Shown: piece by piece, positions 1-8,000 of the stretch
Numbering within the stretch: the stretch's first letter is position 1
How the letters are laid out: every line of letters begins with the position of its first letter
IMG/VR virus record: IMGVR_UViG_3300046709_000212
Location: 1 to 24,120 of that record
DNA: 24,120 nt
DNA from: a virus
Taxonomy: Duplodnaviria; Caudoviricetes
Direction: 5' to 3' (one strand)
Program-made: the position numbers and the translations under genes
Notes under the pieces: generated by a model
The model's input: the letters and a program-made list of their open reading frames with translations, nothing else
Told to the model about the DNA's origin: nothing
The model's database searches: none

Positions 1-675
1 GGTGCGCTGAACCACGGCGCCGAGGCCGCGCAGAAAATGACGTTGTTCGACCAGACGTATGCCGCCGGCCACGCGTTCGCGCAATTCCTACGCAATCTCG
101 CGCCGCTGTTCCCGCAGGTCCGGGTCTTCGGCACGGTCGGCAATCATCCGCGGTTCGCCAACCAGAAGCGCATGCCGACGGAAAACCGCTACAGCAACCT
201 TGACCAGTTTTGCCTGAGCTACACCCGGGCGCTGACCGAACGGCTCGAAAACGTCCACTGGACTTTGAACCGGCAGCCGACGGCGTTGTTCAAGGTGCAG
301 GGCTTCGGGTTCGAGCTGCTCCACGGCGACACACTGCGCGGTGGGGACCGTGCGCTGGGCATACCGAACCACGCGGTGGGGCGCCACATTTCGGGGCGCG
401 CGCAACTCTTCGCCAAGCACGGGCAGCAATCGCCCGACTACTATCTGTGCGGGCACCTGCACCGGGACATTGTTTTGCCGCACGCCAAGGGTCGCTTTAT
501 TGTCAACGGTGGGTTCCCCGGCATCGACGGCTACGCGCTGGCGGAAAACTTTTCGCCGGTGGACCCCACGCAAACCTTCTTCTTGATGCACCCTAAATAT
601 GGGCAAACCGCGAGCTACAGCATTTCCCTGAAGTTCGCGCAGGTAGAAGCCGAGCGGCCCTACGACCTCCCCTAA
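1..675 (+). CDS. Calcineurin-like metallophosphoesterase, 5'-truncated by the window edge
   Basis: Frame 1 is open from base 1 (GALNHGAEAAQK precedes the track's Met). Motifs VGNHPR, LLHGD and LCGHLH are the GNH / H / GHxH metal ligands of the calcineurin-like superfamily. Stop TAA at 673-675. Confidence 0.85.
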   Translation, partial: GALNHGAEAAQKMTLFDQTYAAGHAFAQFLRNLAPLFPQVRVFGTVGNHPRFANQKRMPTENRYSNLDQFCLSYTRALTERLENVHWTLNRQPTALFKVQGFGFELLHGDTLRGGDRALGIPNHAVGRHISGRAQLFAKHGQQSPDYYLCGHLHRDIVLPHAKGRFIVNGGFPGIDGYALAENFSPVDPTQTFFLMHPKYGQTASYSISLKFAQVEAERPYDLP

Positions 676-676
676 T

Positions 677-705
677 TTGACAGGACGAACCCCCTGTTGT
701 AACCT
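677..705 (+). promoter_or_regulatory. Sigma70-type promoter for the 714 ORF (near-leaderless)
   Basis: TTGACA (677-682), 17-nt spacer, TAACCT (700-705). The ATG at 714 follows after only 8 nt and has no SD. Confidence 0.7.
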
Positions 706-713
706 ACAGACAC

Positions 714-1163
714 ATGAGACACATCATCGCACTACTGGCGCTGCTCGGACTTGCAGCGGTTATCCCCTCGGCCACGGCGGGCACGAAAATCATCGGCGAA
801 GTGAACGGCTTGAAGCTGGTCCGCGTGAAAACGGTGGGCATCTTCTGTCCGAGCACGACGACGGTCATCGCGTATGACCCCGCCAAGCCCGGCACCATCG
901 AAGGCGTCATCAACCACGCGGGCGGTCCTGGCGTGTTGCAGAGCGTCGCCCAGCCGGCGTCCATCGCGGCCGGTGCGTATTTGCTCAAGCCGGACTCCAC
1001 GCGCGTGACCCAGAGCGGCAGCGGCAACGCGGCGGCTACCTCGACCAGCGGCGCGACGGCTGCCGGCGGCAACGCCACGGGTGGCAACGGTGGCGCGGGC
1101 GGAGCCGGTGGCTCGGCTGGCGGGCCTCCCGGGCTCGTGAACAACCCCGGTCACAGCAACTAA
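714..1163 (+). CDS. Secreted/membrane protein with Gly-rich C-terminus
   Basis: N-terminal signal peptide MRHIIALLALLGLAAVIPSATA; Gly/Ala/Asn low-complexity tail ending GGPPGLVNNPGHSN; directly downstream of the promoter. Confidence 0.75.
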   Translation: MRHIIALLALLGLAAVIPSATAGTKIIGEVNGLKLVRVKTVGIFCPSTTTVIAYDPAKPGTIEGVINHAGGPGVLQSVAQPASIAAGAYLLKPDSTRVTQSGSGNAAATSTSGATAAGGNATGGNGGAGGAGGSAGGPPGLVNNPGHSN

Positions 1164-1170
1164 CCTTCAC

Positions 1171-1195
1171 CTTGGGGCCACGGACGGCCCCCGAG
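1171..1195 (+). terminator. GC-rich hairpin, possible weak terminator or processing site
   Basis: GGGGCC (1174-1179) pairs with GGCCCC (1186-1191) around a 6-nt loop and can extend with CTT/GAG. Only ATTT follows, so the U-tract is poor. Confidence 0.3.
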
Positions 1196-1199
1196 ATTT

Positions 1200-1613
1200 A
1201 TGAAACACCTCGTCCTAATTTGGCTCGCCTGCGTCGCGCTCGCCTGGACCGCCCTCAGCGCACCGCTGCCCGACTTCCGCGTGCTGCCTGACTACATGGT
1301 GGAAAACCACTGCAACCCCTTCAGCAAATCGGCTGTCGCGATGCTGAAGGCGAAGGGCATCCCGGCAGTGCGCATCACCTTTTGCTGGTCGCGCTTTGGC
1401 GTGGGCCACGGGTATCACGCCGCGGTGCTTTTCAAGCAGGGCGACAAGTTCTACTACATGGACAACAATCGCATGGGCGCGCGGCCGGTCGCTGGCACGA
1501 CGGACCTTGGCTGCGTGCGCCACATTGACGGGACCCACGACACGATGCTGTGGATGACCGATGAACAAATGAAGCGGGTCGAGCCGCGCAAGCTGGAGGA
1601 GCTGTTCCGATGA
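1200..1613 (+). CDS. Exported transglutaminase-like/papain-fold cysteine peptidase (putative)
   Basis: Signal peptide MKHLVLIWLACVALAWTALSA. NHCNPFS...LKAKGIPAVRI...GYHAAVLF...YYMDN gives Cys-His-Asp in transglutaminase-core order and spacing. Confidence 0.6.
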   Translation: MKHLVLIWLACVALAWTALSAPLPDFRVLPDYMVENHCNPFSKSAVAMLKAKGIPAVRITFCWSRFGVGHGYHAAVLFKQGDKFYYMDNNRMGARPVAGTTDLGCVRHIDGTHDTMLWMTDEQMKRVEPRKLEELFR

Positions 1614-1801
1614 GATATAAAAACGTGTCCGAGCTACGCGATGAAGGTGCCACCCTTTTGGGCGTTGTAGAAAAGGCTTTTCAGGTGCTTGAGATGTTTT
1701 CGGAAGACCGCGCCTTCGCCACTTATTGGGCGTCCCTCACGCCGGCAAAACGTGATGTCCGCTTCACGAATTTGGTGGACACCCTCCGGCTCCATGAATA
1801 A
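1610..1801 (+). CDS. Hypothetical protein (63 aa)
   Basis: ATGA overlap with the upstream stop; part of a coupled ORF chain. Confidence 0.6.
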   Translation: MRYKNVSELRDEGATLLGVVEKAFQVLEMFSEDRAFATYWASLTPAKRDVRFTNLVDTLRLHE

Positions 1802-2039
1802 CTCCCCCGACATGCGACAAGTAGTTTTCGACGCGGTAGTGGCCCGCTACACGCGCAAGCATCGTCCGCTGGACGAGGTGGCCTATGATGCGCACACTCT
1901 CGCCGAGGCGCAATTCGGGACACGCCGGTTGGGCCTGTTGCGCGAGGGCAAAATCTCCATCGAGCACTATCTCATTCCCCTAACGAACGAGCAGCTGCTC
2001 GACGTTTTCCAATCCCAATGCTGTCAGGACTACCGATGA
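1794..2039 (+). CDS. Hypothetical protein (81 aa, MNNSPDMRQVV...)
   Basis: In-frame ATG at 1794 overlaps the upstream stop by 8 nt, so it is preferred over the track start at 1689. Confidence 0.65.
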   Translation: MNNSPDMRQVVFDAVVARYTRKHRPLDEVAYDAHTLAEAQFGTRRLGLLREGKISIEHYLIPLTNEQLLDVFQSQCCQDYR

Positions 2040-2287
2040 ATCCCAAAGTCGAAAAAGCAATCAAAATGTCCCGCGCCTACTACAAGCTGCCGGACAACGG
2101 TGCCGGCGGTTCGCTGCACATCGTCCTGGATGATGGGAACCTGGAGACGGGCCACGTCTTGTGGTGTAAAAACTACGCCAAGGAGCAGGGCGACCCGGAG
2201 GGCGTGGCGTTGGCGGAGTTTCTCCTCACCCTCACCGAGGACGAGCGCGACGAAGTTTACCAAGCCCTTTACCCCCTTTACCCATGA
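2036..2287 (+). CDS. Hypothetical phage protein (83 aa, GGSLHIVLDDGN motif)
   Basis: ATGA overlap at 2036-2039; protein-like composition. Confidence 0.7.
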   Translation: MNPKVEKAIKMSRAYYKLPDNGAGGSLHIVLDDGNLETGHVLWCKNYAKEQGDPEGVALAEFLLTLTEDERDEVYQALYPLYP

Positions 2288-2625
2288 AATATCCCCCACT
2301 CACCCTCGACCAGTTCATCGACATCCTGCTGGACTTCCAGCGCCGCGGCGGGGGCGACCTGCCCGTCAGCTTCAACGCCGACGAGCGCTACGCGGTGGAC
2401 CGCGTAATCGTCCACGCAAATCCTGAAGGCTGGCCTTACGTGGAAATCTACGGCGACAAGCCGTTCGATGACGGCCGGCCGCGACCGGTGCCCACGCCCG
2501 CGGAGGAAAAACTGCTTGGGGAAATCTCTCATACCCTGACGAAGAATTCCCCGTTCCTGGACATCCTCACGAGCGGTAGGTTCCCCGAGAAGGCCGGCGA
2601 GGAGAAGCGGGAGGGCACATGTTAA
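2284..2625 (+). CDS. Hypothetical protein (113 aa)
   Basis: ATGA overlap at 2284-2287. Confidence 0.65.
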   Translation: MKYPPLTLDQFIDILLDFQRRGGGDLPVSFNADERYAVDRVIVHANPEGWPYVEIYGDKPFDDGRPRPVPTPAEEKLLGEISHTLTKNSPFLDILTSGRFPEKAGEEKREGTC

Positions 2626-2831
2626 TTTTAGCTGCCGCCATCATGGCCGTCGCGATAGTTCAGGTCGTTCAGAACGCGCGCTTGCAGCGGCAAATCGACC
2701 GGCTCACGCGCCAGTCGTGGGACTACCCGACCTATGACTATACTTCCGGACGGCTTACCGCTTTATGGGCCGAGTCGAATCGCCATCGCGAGCGGCTGGA
2801 AAAGCTGGAAGCCAAGCGAAAACGCCAATGA
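2619..2831 (+). CDS. Small membrane-anchored coiled-coil protein (70 aa)
   Basis: Hydrophobic N-terminus MLILAAAIMAVAIVQVV followed by heptad-like segments; 7-nt overlap with the upstream gene; GGAGG upstream. Confidence 0.6.
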   Translation: MLILAAAIMAVAIVQVVQNARLQRQIDRLTRQSWDYPTYDYTSGRLTALWAESNRHRERLEKLEAKRKRQ

Positions 2832-2962
2832 AACTTTTCTGGTCCTGGCACAAATACTACAGCGGCACCCGCTGGTTCCGCCTGGAGTTTTGCCCGGCTC
2901 GCCGCCGTTGGTCGTTCCAGGTCTGGAGACTTTTCATCTCGCTATGGCTGCGTCCGCTATGA
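2828..2962 (+). CDS. Small Trp/Arg-rich hypothetical protein (44 aa)
   Basis: ATGA overlaps at both ends (2828-2831 and 2959-2962). Confidence 0.55.
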   Translation: MKLFWSWHKYYSGTRWFRLEFCPARRRWSFQVWRLFISLWLRPL

Positions 2963-3171
2963 ACCCGACCTACGAGAAAAACACGACCGGCTGGACGTGG
3001 TGGTGCCGCACGCACCGTCGCGAAGCCACCCACCTGTTGAAACGCGAGGGCTGCTCGCCTGTCGCCACCTGTGACCCCGCCCTGGGCGGAATCCTATTAC
3101 CCTGTGACTGCGTCTGTAAAAACTGGCTCCTCGTCGTCGAAGCTAAGACTCCACCTGCTGGGTCTTCCTAA
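2959..3171 (+). CDS. Small Cys/His-rich hypothetical protein (70 aa)
   Basis: ATGA-coupled start; WWCRTH...CDP...PCDCVC may bind metal; the 3' end overlaps the glycosyltransferase start. Confidence 0.5.
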   Translation: MNPTYEKNTTGWTWWCRTHRREATHLLKREGCSPVATCDPALGGILLPCDCVCKNWLLVVEAKTPPAGSS

Positions 3172-4210
3172 CGCGCCCGTCAGCGAAGACTTTTCGCTCG
3201 ACGGGTTCGCCGTGGCCGGCCATCGCTTCTGTCGGATGATGCGAGACCTTGGGCACACGGTCTTCCTCTATGGGGCCGAGGGCAGCACGGCGCCCTGCAC
3301 GGAGTTCATCAACATCATGTCCGACGCCGACCGCCGCCGGCTGCTGGCTGGCCGACCCTATCAGGCCGCGCCAGTGGATGGGAAGACGGCGCTCTACCAG
3401 CAATCCAATCCTTGGATGATTTCAGAAATCACGAAGCGCAAGCAGAAGCGGGACTTCCTGATGACAATCGGAGGTTACTCGCAAAAGCCGGTCTTTGATG
3501 CACACCCCGACCTGATGGGCGTGGAATACTCCATCGGTTACGAGGGCAACTTCGCCCCGTTCCGGGTATTCGAGAGCCACGCATGGCGGCACTTCTGCAT
3601 GGGCGCTCAGCGCGTGCCGACCGGGCGTTTCTTCGACACGGTCATCCCTACGTTTTTCGACCCCGACCAGTTCCCGTTCAACGAGCCGGAGGACTACTTT
3701 CTGTATGTCGGGCGCCTGACCTTCGAAAAGGGGGTCCGAGTGGCGTGTGACGCGGCGACCGCCGCCGGGGTAAAGCTGAAAATCATCGGCCATGGCGGCG
3801 ACCTGCGGAGCATTGTCGGGGGTCACGAATACCTGGGAGCACCGGATTGGAAGACCCGGAACGAGCTTATGTCCCGCGCCCGGGCGGTCTTTTGCCCGTC
3901 ACTTTACTGGGAGCCGTTCGGTTGCGCGGCCGTGGAAGCCCAGCTGTGCGGCACTCCGGTCATCTCAACCGACTGGGGCGGCTATGTGGAAACCGTGGAG
4001 CACGGGGTGACCGGCTTCCGATGCCATTACTTGGGAGACTTCGTAGAGGCTTGCCGGCGGGTGGATGAACTGGACCGCTGGAATGTGCGCTGCCGAGCGG
4101 TCCGGAAATACTCCATGCACGTCATCCGGCACGAATACCAACGGTATTTTGACCGGCTGTCCCTCCTCTGGGAACGCGGCTGGGAGATGGTTACACCACC
4201 GACTTGCTAA
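3104..4210 (+). CDS. GT-B fold glycosyltransferase, family 4 (start uncertain: GTG 3071 or 3104)
   Basis: FLYVGRLTFEKG and PSLYWEPFGCAAVEAQLCGTPVISTDWGGYVETVEHGVTGF carry the GT4 E-x7-E signature; first strand RLHLLGLP. Confidence 0.9.
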   Translation: MTASVKTGSSSSKLRLHLLGLPNAPVSEDFSLDGFAVAGHRFCRMMRDLGHTVFLYGAEGSTAPCTEFINIMSDADRRRLLAGRPYQAAPVDGKTALYQQSNPWMISEITKRKQKRDFLMTIGGYSQKPVFDAHPDLMGVEYSIGYEGNFAPFRVFESHAWRHFCMGAQRVPTGRFFDTVIPTFFDPDQFPFNEPEDYFLYVGRLTFEKGVRVACDAATAAGVKLKIIGHGGDLRSIVGGHEYLGAPDWKTRNELMSRARAVFCPSLYWEPFGCAAVEAQLCGTPVISTDWGGYVETVEHGVTGFRCHYLGDFVEACRRVDELDRWNVRCRAVRKYSMHVIRHEYQRYFDRLSLLWERGWEMVTPPTC

Positions 4211-4838
4211 TCGCGTTCAGAACGCGTCCCCGGCCGGGCATAGCACCCGACGTCGGGCTTCCCGGCATCAAATTTGCTACCCGGGCGCTCAGGAGGCGTT
4301 TCTGGGCACCGGCCGGCGCCGGGGCACCGATAGGCACCGGAGCGCTGGCGACCTCGCCACCGGGCGCTGGGGCTGCGGGCGCCCCCTCCCCGGCGGCTTC
4401 CGCGGGAACGGCGTCCTTGCGGGCGCTCTCGAAACTCTTGGTCAGCTGGTCGAACGGGACGGCCACGGAATCGAGCTGGCCGGCCTTGTCGGCCTGCATA
4501 ACCTCGTCCGGCTTAACGATTAACCCATTGAAAAGCACGAAGTTACCGGGCAGCGATTCGGACTCGAACGCGGCGAAGCCGGCCTTCTTCAGGTCCTCGG
4601 CATGCTTGGTAAGTGTCTTGATTTCAGGGATTTTCGACTTGAGCGGCGCGTAAGTGGCCGGGGGCGACCCATTCAAAAGCGCGGCCATGGCGGGAATCTT
4701 CAGGACCTCCTCGGGCAGCGAAGACTCGGCGGGCAGGTCTTCCTGCGCGCCCGCCGGGGCGGGGGCGGCGTCTGGGGCGACGGGCGCCGGCGCGGCGGCG
4801 TCGGCTACGGGCTGGACATCGGACGGTAAAACGGGCAT
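4191..4838 (-). CDS. Pro/Ala-rich hypothetical protein, last gene of the virion module
   Basis: 215-aa ORF with a globular core flanked by PA-rich linkers; preceded by the TTGACA-N16-CACTT motif; converges on and overlaps the GT by 20 nt. Confidence 0.7.
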   Translation of the reverse strand: MPVLPSDVQPVADAAAPAPVAPDAAPAPAGAQEDLPAESSLPEEVLKIPAMAALLNGSPPATYAPLKSKIPEIKTLTKHAEDLKKAGFAAFESESLPGNFVLFNGLIVKPDEVMQADKAGQLDSVAVPFDQLTKSFESARKDAVPAEAAGEGAPAAPAPGGEVASAPVPIGAPAPAGAQKRLLSARVANLMPGSPTSGAMPGRGRVLNAISKSVV

Positions 4839-4841
4839 GGC

Positions 4842-5000
4842 TTAGGTAGAAGTGGGGGGTTTCTCCGATTTGTCAACCCCGGAGTCGGGCGTCCGGTCCA
4901 CCGGCTCGTGGTCCGGGACCATCAGGCGCTGGAACATGGACACGACGAGCTTCATCTCGTCGGGCGTGAGGTTAAAGTCGTCAACGGAAATTTCTTTCAT
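4842..5000 (-). CDS. Small hypothetical protein (52 aa, MKEISVDDFNLTPDEMKLVVSMFQRL...), absent from the ORF track
   Basis: ATG at 5000 with AGGTG upstream, TAA at 4844-4842; fills the gap between the flanking genes. Confidence 0.55.
   Translation of the reverse strand: MKEISVDDFNLTPDEMKLVVSMFQRLMVPDHEPVDRTPDSGVDKSEKPPTST
4850..4876 (-). promoter_or_regulatory. Putative phage promoter TTGACA-N16-CACTT (copy 1)
   Basis: Minus strand reads TTGACA AATCGGAGAAACCCCC CACTT CTACCTAAGCC ATG(4838). Confidence 0.55.
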
Positions 5001-5012
5001 GGCACCTACAGC

Positions 5013-8000
5013 TTACTGCGACTCGACGATTTTTGCAACCTTGGACTTGACCTTTTTCGGGGGCTTGGGCGGCGTGAACTCCAGCTTGCCCTCGGGGGTC
5101 TTCGTCGTGTGTTCCAAGAGCCCTTGGTAGGTGGCCCCGTGCTGCGCACCCGCGCGTGCCCAGCCGTTTTCCTCCCAGAGCCGTTGCTCGTTCACCCAGA
5201 GGATTGCCTGGAGCGCGTCGGGCTTGATGCCGATTCGGTCCGCGGCTTCCTGGAAGGCCTTTTCGCCGGCGAAGTATTCGGGGTTCGAGATGCCCGTCTC
5301 GGCTTGGTGGATGATTCGCCAGGGCTGGCCCTCGGAGCTGAGGCGTGTCATCGTCCGCATCGCCCACTTATCCACGATTCCCTTGAACCATAGACCAATC
5401 AGGTTGCCCGTGAACGACGGCGTCTTGGGACCCTCAACGGATTCCATCCACGTTCCGTCCAGCACCTTCATCACCGCGCGCGAGTTCATCCCGTATTTCG
5501 CGCCGTTCGCTTTTTTCGGCACGAGGTCGTGCTTGTCGGCCCACCAATACAGGAAGTCGCTGAGCTGTCCCGATTTCACGGCTGACGCACTCGCTTCCTT
5601 TTGGAAGTCCGCCATCGCTTCCGGGTCCTTGGCGGCAAACTTCGCTTTGCCCTCGCGATACTTCGCGACCATGTCATCATAGGCGCCGGACTTGATTTGA
5701 TTGAACGCGGCGACCGCGTCGGAAAAGTTCGGGGCCACCTTCTGCTGCGGGGACGTCGCCCCGAGCAGCTCGCCGAAAAGTTTGATGTCCTCGGGCGTCT
5801 TCAGCACCTCGCGCAGCTTGGTTCGGCACAGCTCATACCACTGCTCTGCGCCCTTCAGCTCGGGGCGGTCCTTGATGGAGTTGTATTCCTCTTCCATCTT
5901 TTTCGACAGGTCCGTCGTGAAGGCATCCACTGACCCGGATTTCTTCGCGAGCGGCGTGTTGAAAAGGTCCCATTCCTGTGCGGCGAACAGGGGCTCACCG
6001 TCCCACGCGGCGCGGACGTTGCCGGCCTTGTCCCGGCGCAGCTCGGGCGGGAGCACCTCGGGGAAGGACTTGGCTTTCGCCACCAAACTCTCGGCGTAGT
6101 CGTTGAAGCCGGGGGTGCCCTGCGGCGGGATGTTCTCAGGCAGGTAGCCCCCACGGCTGCGCGCGATTTGGATATTTGAGGGACCCTTCTTCGGAGCGGT
6201 CTCTTCCTTGGGCGTGTGAAACTGGCGCAAGTGGTCGAGCATCTCGCGCGCAACCTTGCGCGGGTCAGACATCTCGTGGAGCTGTTCCCCGATGGAATCG
6301 GCGACCTCTCCGTTCTCATCGAGCAGGGAGACGCGAATGGAGTCCACGTTCTCGGCGTGACGGTCAACCAAATTATTTATGGCTTTGCGCCGCGCACCAT
6401 CAAACTTGTCGATGTTCGCTTCAATTACCATCTTGCCGCCATAGTTACGCACGCGGACGAAACCTGCGTTGAGTGCGGCAAGCCGGTCATCTTCAGTGGC
6501 GTCCTTGGTGAGTTCCGTTCCGAACTGTTTGTTCAACTTGTCCGCGTTTTCTCCGAGCCACGTCTGGTGATAGTTCGTGTCGAGGGGAACATATTTTCCG
6601 TTGGGCAAAATCCAGCCGGTTGCCTTGGCATCCACAGCCTTTTGTTCGGCCGGCGTGTTGTATTTCGAGTAGTCGGTTTCCTCGACCCGCTTCTTCGCTT
6701 CCGCCTCCGTCTCGCGCCCCTTCTTGGGCAGATATCCCCCGCGGTCTTCTTTGCTGATAAACGTTGGTTCCCGAGGCGGCAATACCCCCGCCTCACGCAA
6801 GTCCCCGGTGTGCAATTCCCCCGGTTCCAGCGGCTGAAAATCCTTCGGTAGTTGCTCTAGCTCCTTGGCGCGTTGAAACGACTCGTCGCGGGATAAAAAC
6901 TCTCCTTCATTGGTGACGAACCCCGTTTTATAAGGAACATCCCAAATGGGGTCTGAATACCCACGAATCGCCGCGGCCCCCTCGTCATCGGCTCGGAGGA
7001 TAGCCTCCCCGTGAAAACGCCCTTCAAAAATTTTTCCATCGCCGTCTTGCACCGCTGCGCTTTTAATCGCGCGCGGCTCGGAGGAAGGAAGAAATCCCGC
7101 GCGGCGCATGCCCGGTGCATAAACCGGTTCCGTGCTGATGATGTGCGCGCCTTCAGGCACGCCGGCCTTTTGCTGGGCTTCCTCGGCGCTCGCAGCGTGG
7201 ACCGTCTGGCGGAGGGTCGTCTTGCCTTCGGCCCGGGGCTTCCAGACGACGTGCCACCGGTCGTCGATGGGCCGCACGTCGGCTTCGCCGGGCGTCAGCG
7301 GATTTTCCCCGCGAGCCAACGCTTCCGCTGCCTTCGCCACTTCGGCCGGGGACTTCAGCACGGCTTCACCATTGCCGCCGGTTGCCACCGATTGCTGCTC
7401 GGCAAGGTCGAAGACGGCTTCCTGACCATTTGCCTTCGCGAAGGCTATGGAGTTGTCGCGGTGTTCTTGGTCCACCAGCGCGTTGATGTCCACGCTGTAT
7501 TGCTGCTTGCCTTCGGCGTCGGGCGTGGCCAGTCGAAAAACTCCGGCCTTGATGTTCTCGTTCTTGAGCGTCTCCTTGAAGGGCTCCAGGGCCTTGGCTA
7601 CGCCGGCCGCGGTGAACTGGTCCGCAGGCAGATTGATGCTGGTCAGCGGGACAACGTCCAGCTTTGCGTCGGTCGGCGGCACGAAGACCGAGCCGTCTGC
7701 GTTGAAGGTCTCGCCGTCCTTTTCGCCGCTTCGGATGGGTTCGAGCGCCGTCTCGGAGAGGAACGCCCGCTTGCCAGCAAACTCCGCGGACTCCAGGCTC
7801 TTGTCGTAAACGAGCGGCTGCTTGAGCTGCTTGATTTTCGTCGCGTAGTCGGCGGCTCCGGCGCGGTCGTAAAAAGTTCCCTTCTTGGTCACGAAGCCGT
7901 CGGTCAGCTCGCCGCTGTCGTAAAGCCCCATGACCTTGTCCGCATCGGTGATGCCGCGCTCGGCCGCGATTTTGTCCATCGCTTCTCCGTGCCAGGACCC

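Noticed and set aside
501-506. Minus-strand TTGACA inside the phosphoesterase gene (also plus-strand TTGACA at 10957 and 23834)
   Set aside because: No CACTT or TAnnnT at the proper spacing and no downstream start in a sensible orientation.
2619-2831. Holin or spanin call for the small membrane protein
   Set aside because: No adjacent endolysin or lipoprotein partner visible; a single hydrophobic segment is insufficient.
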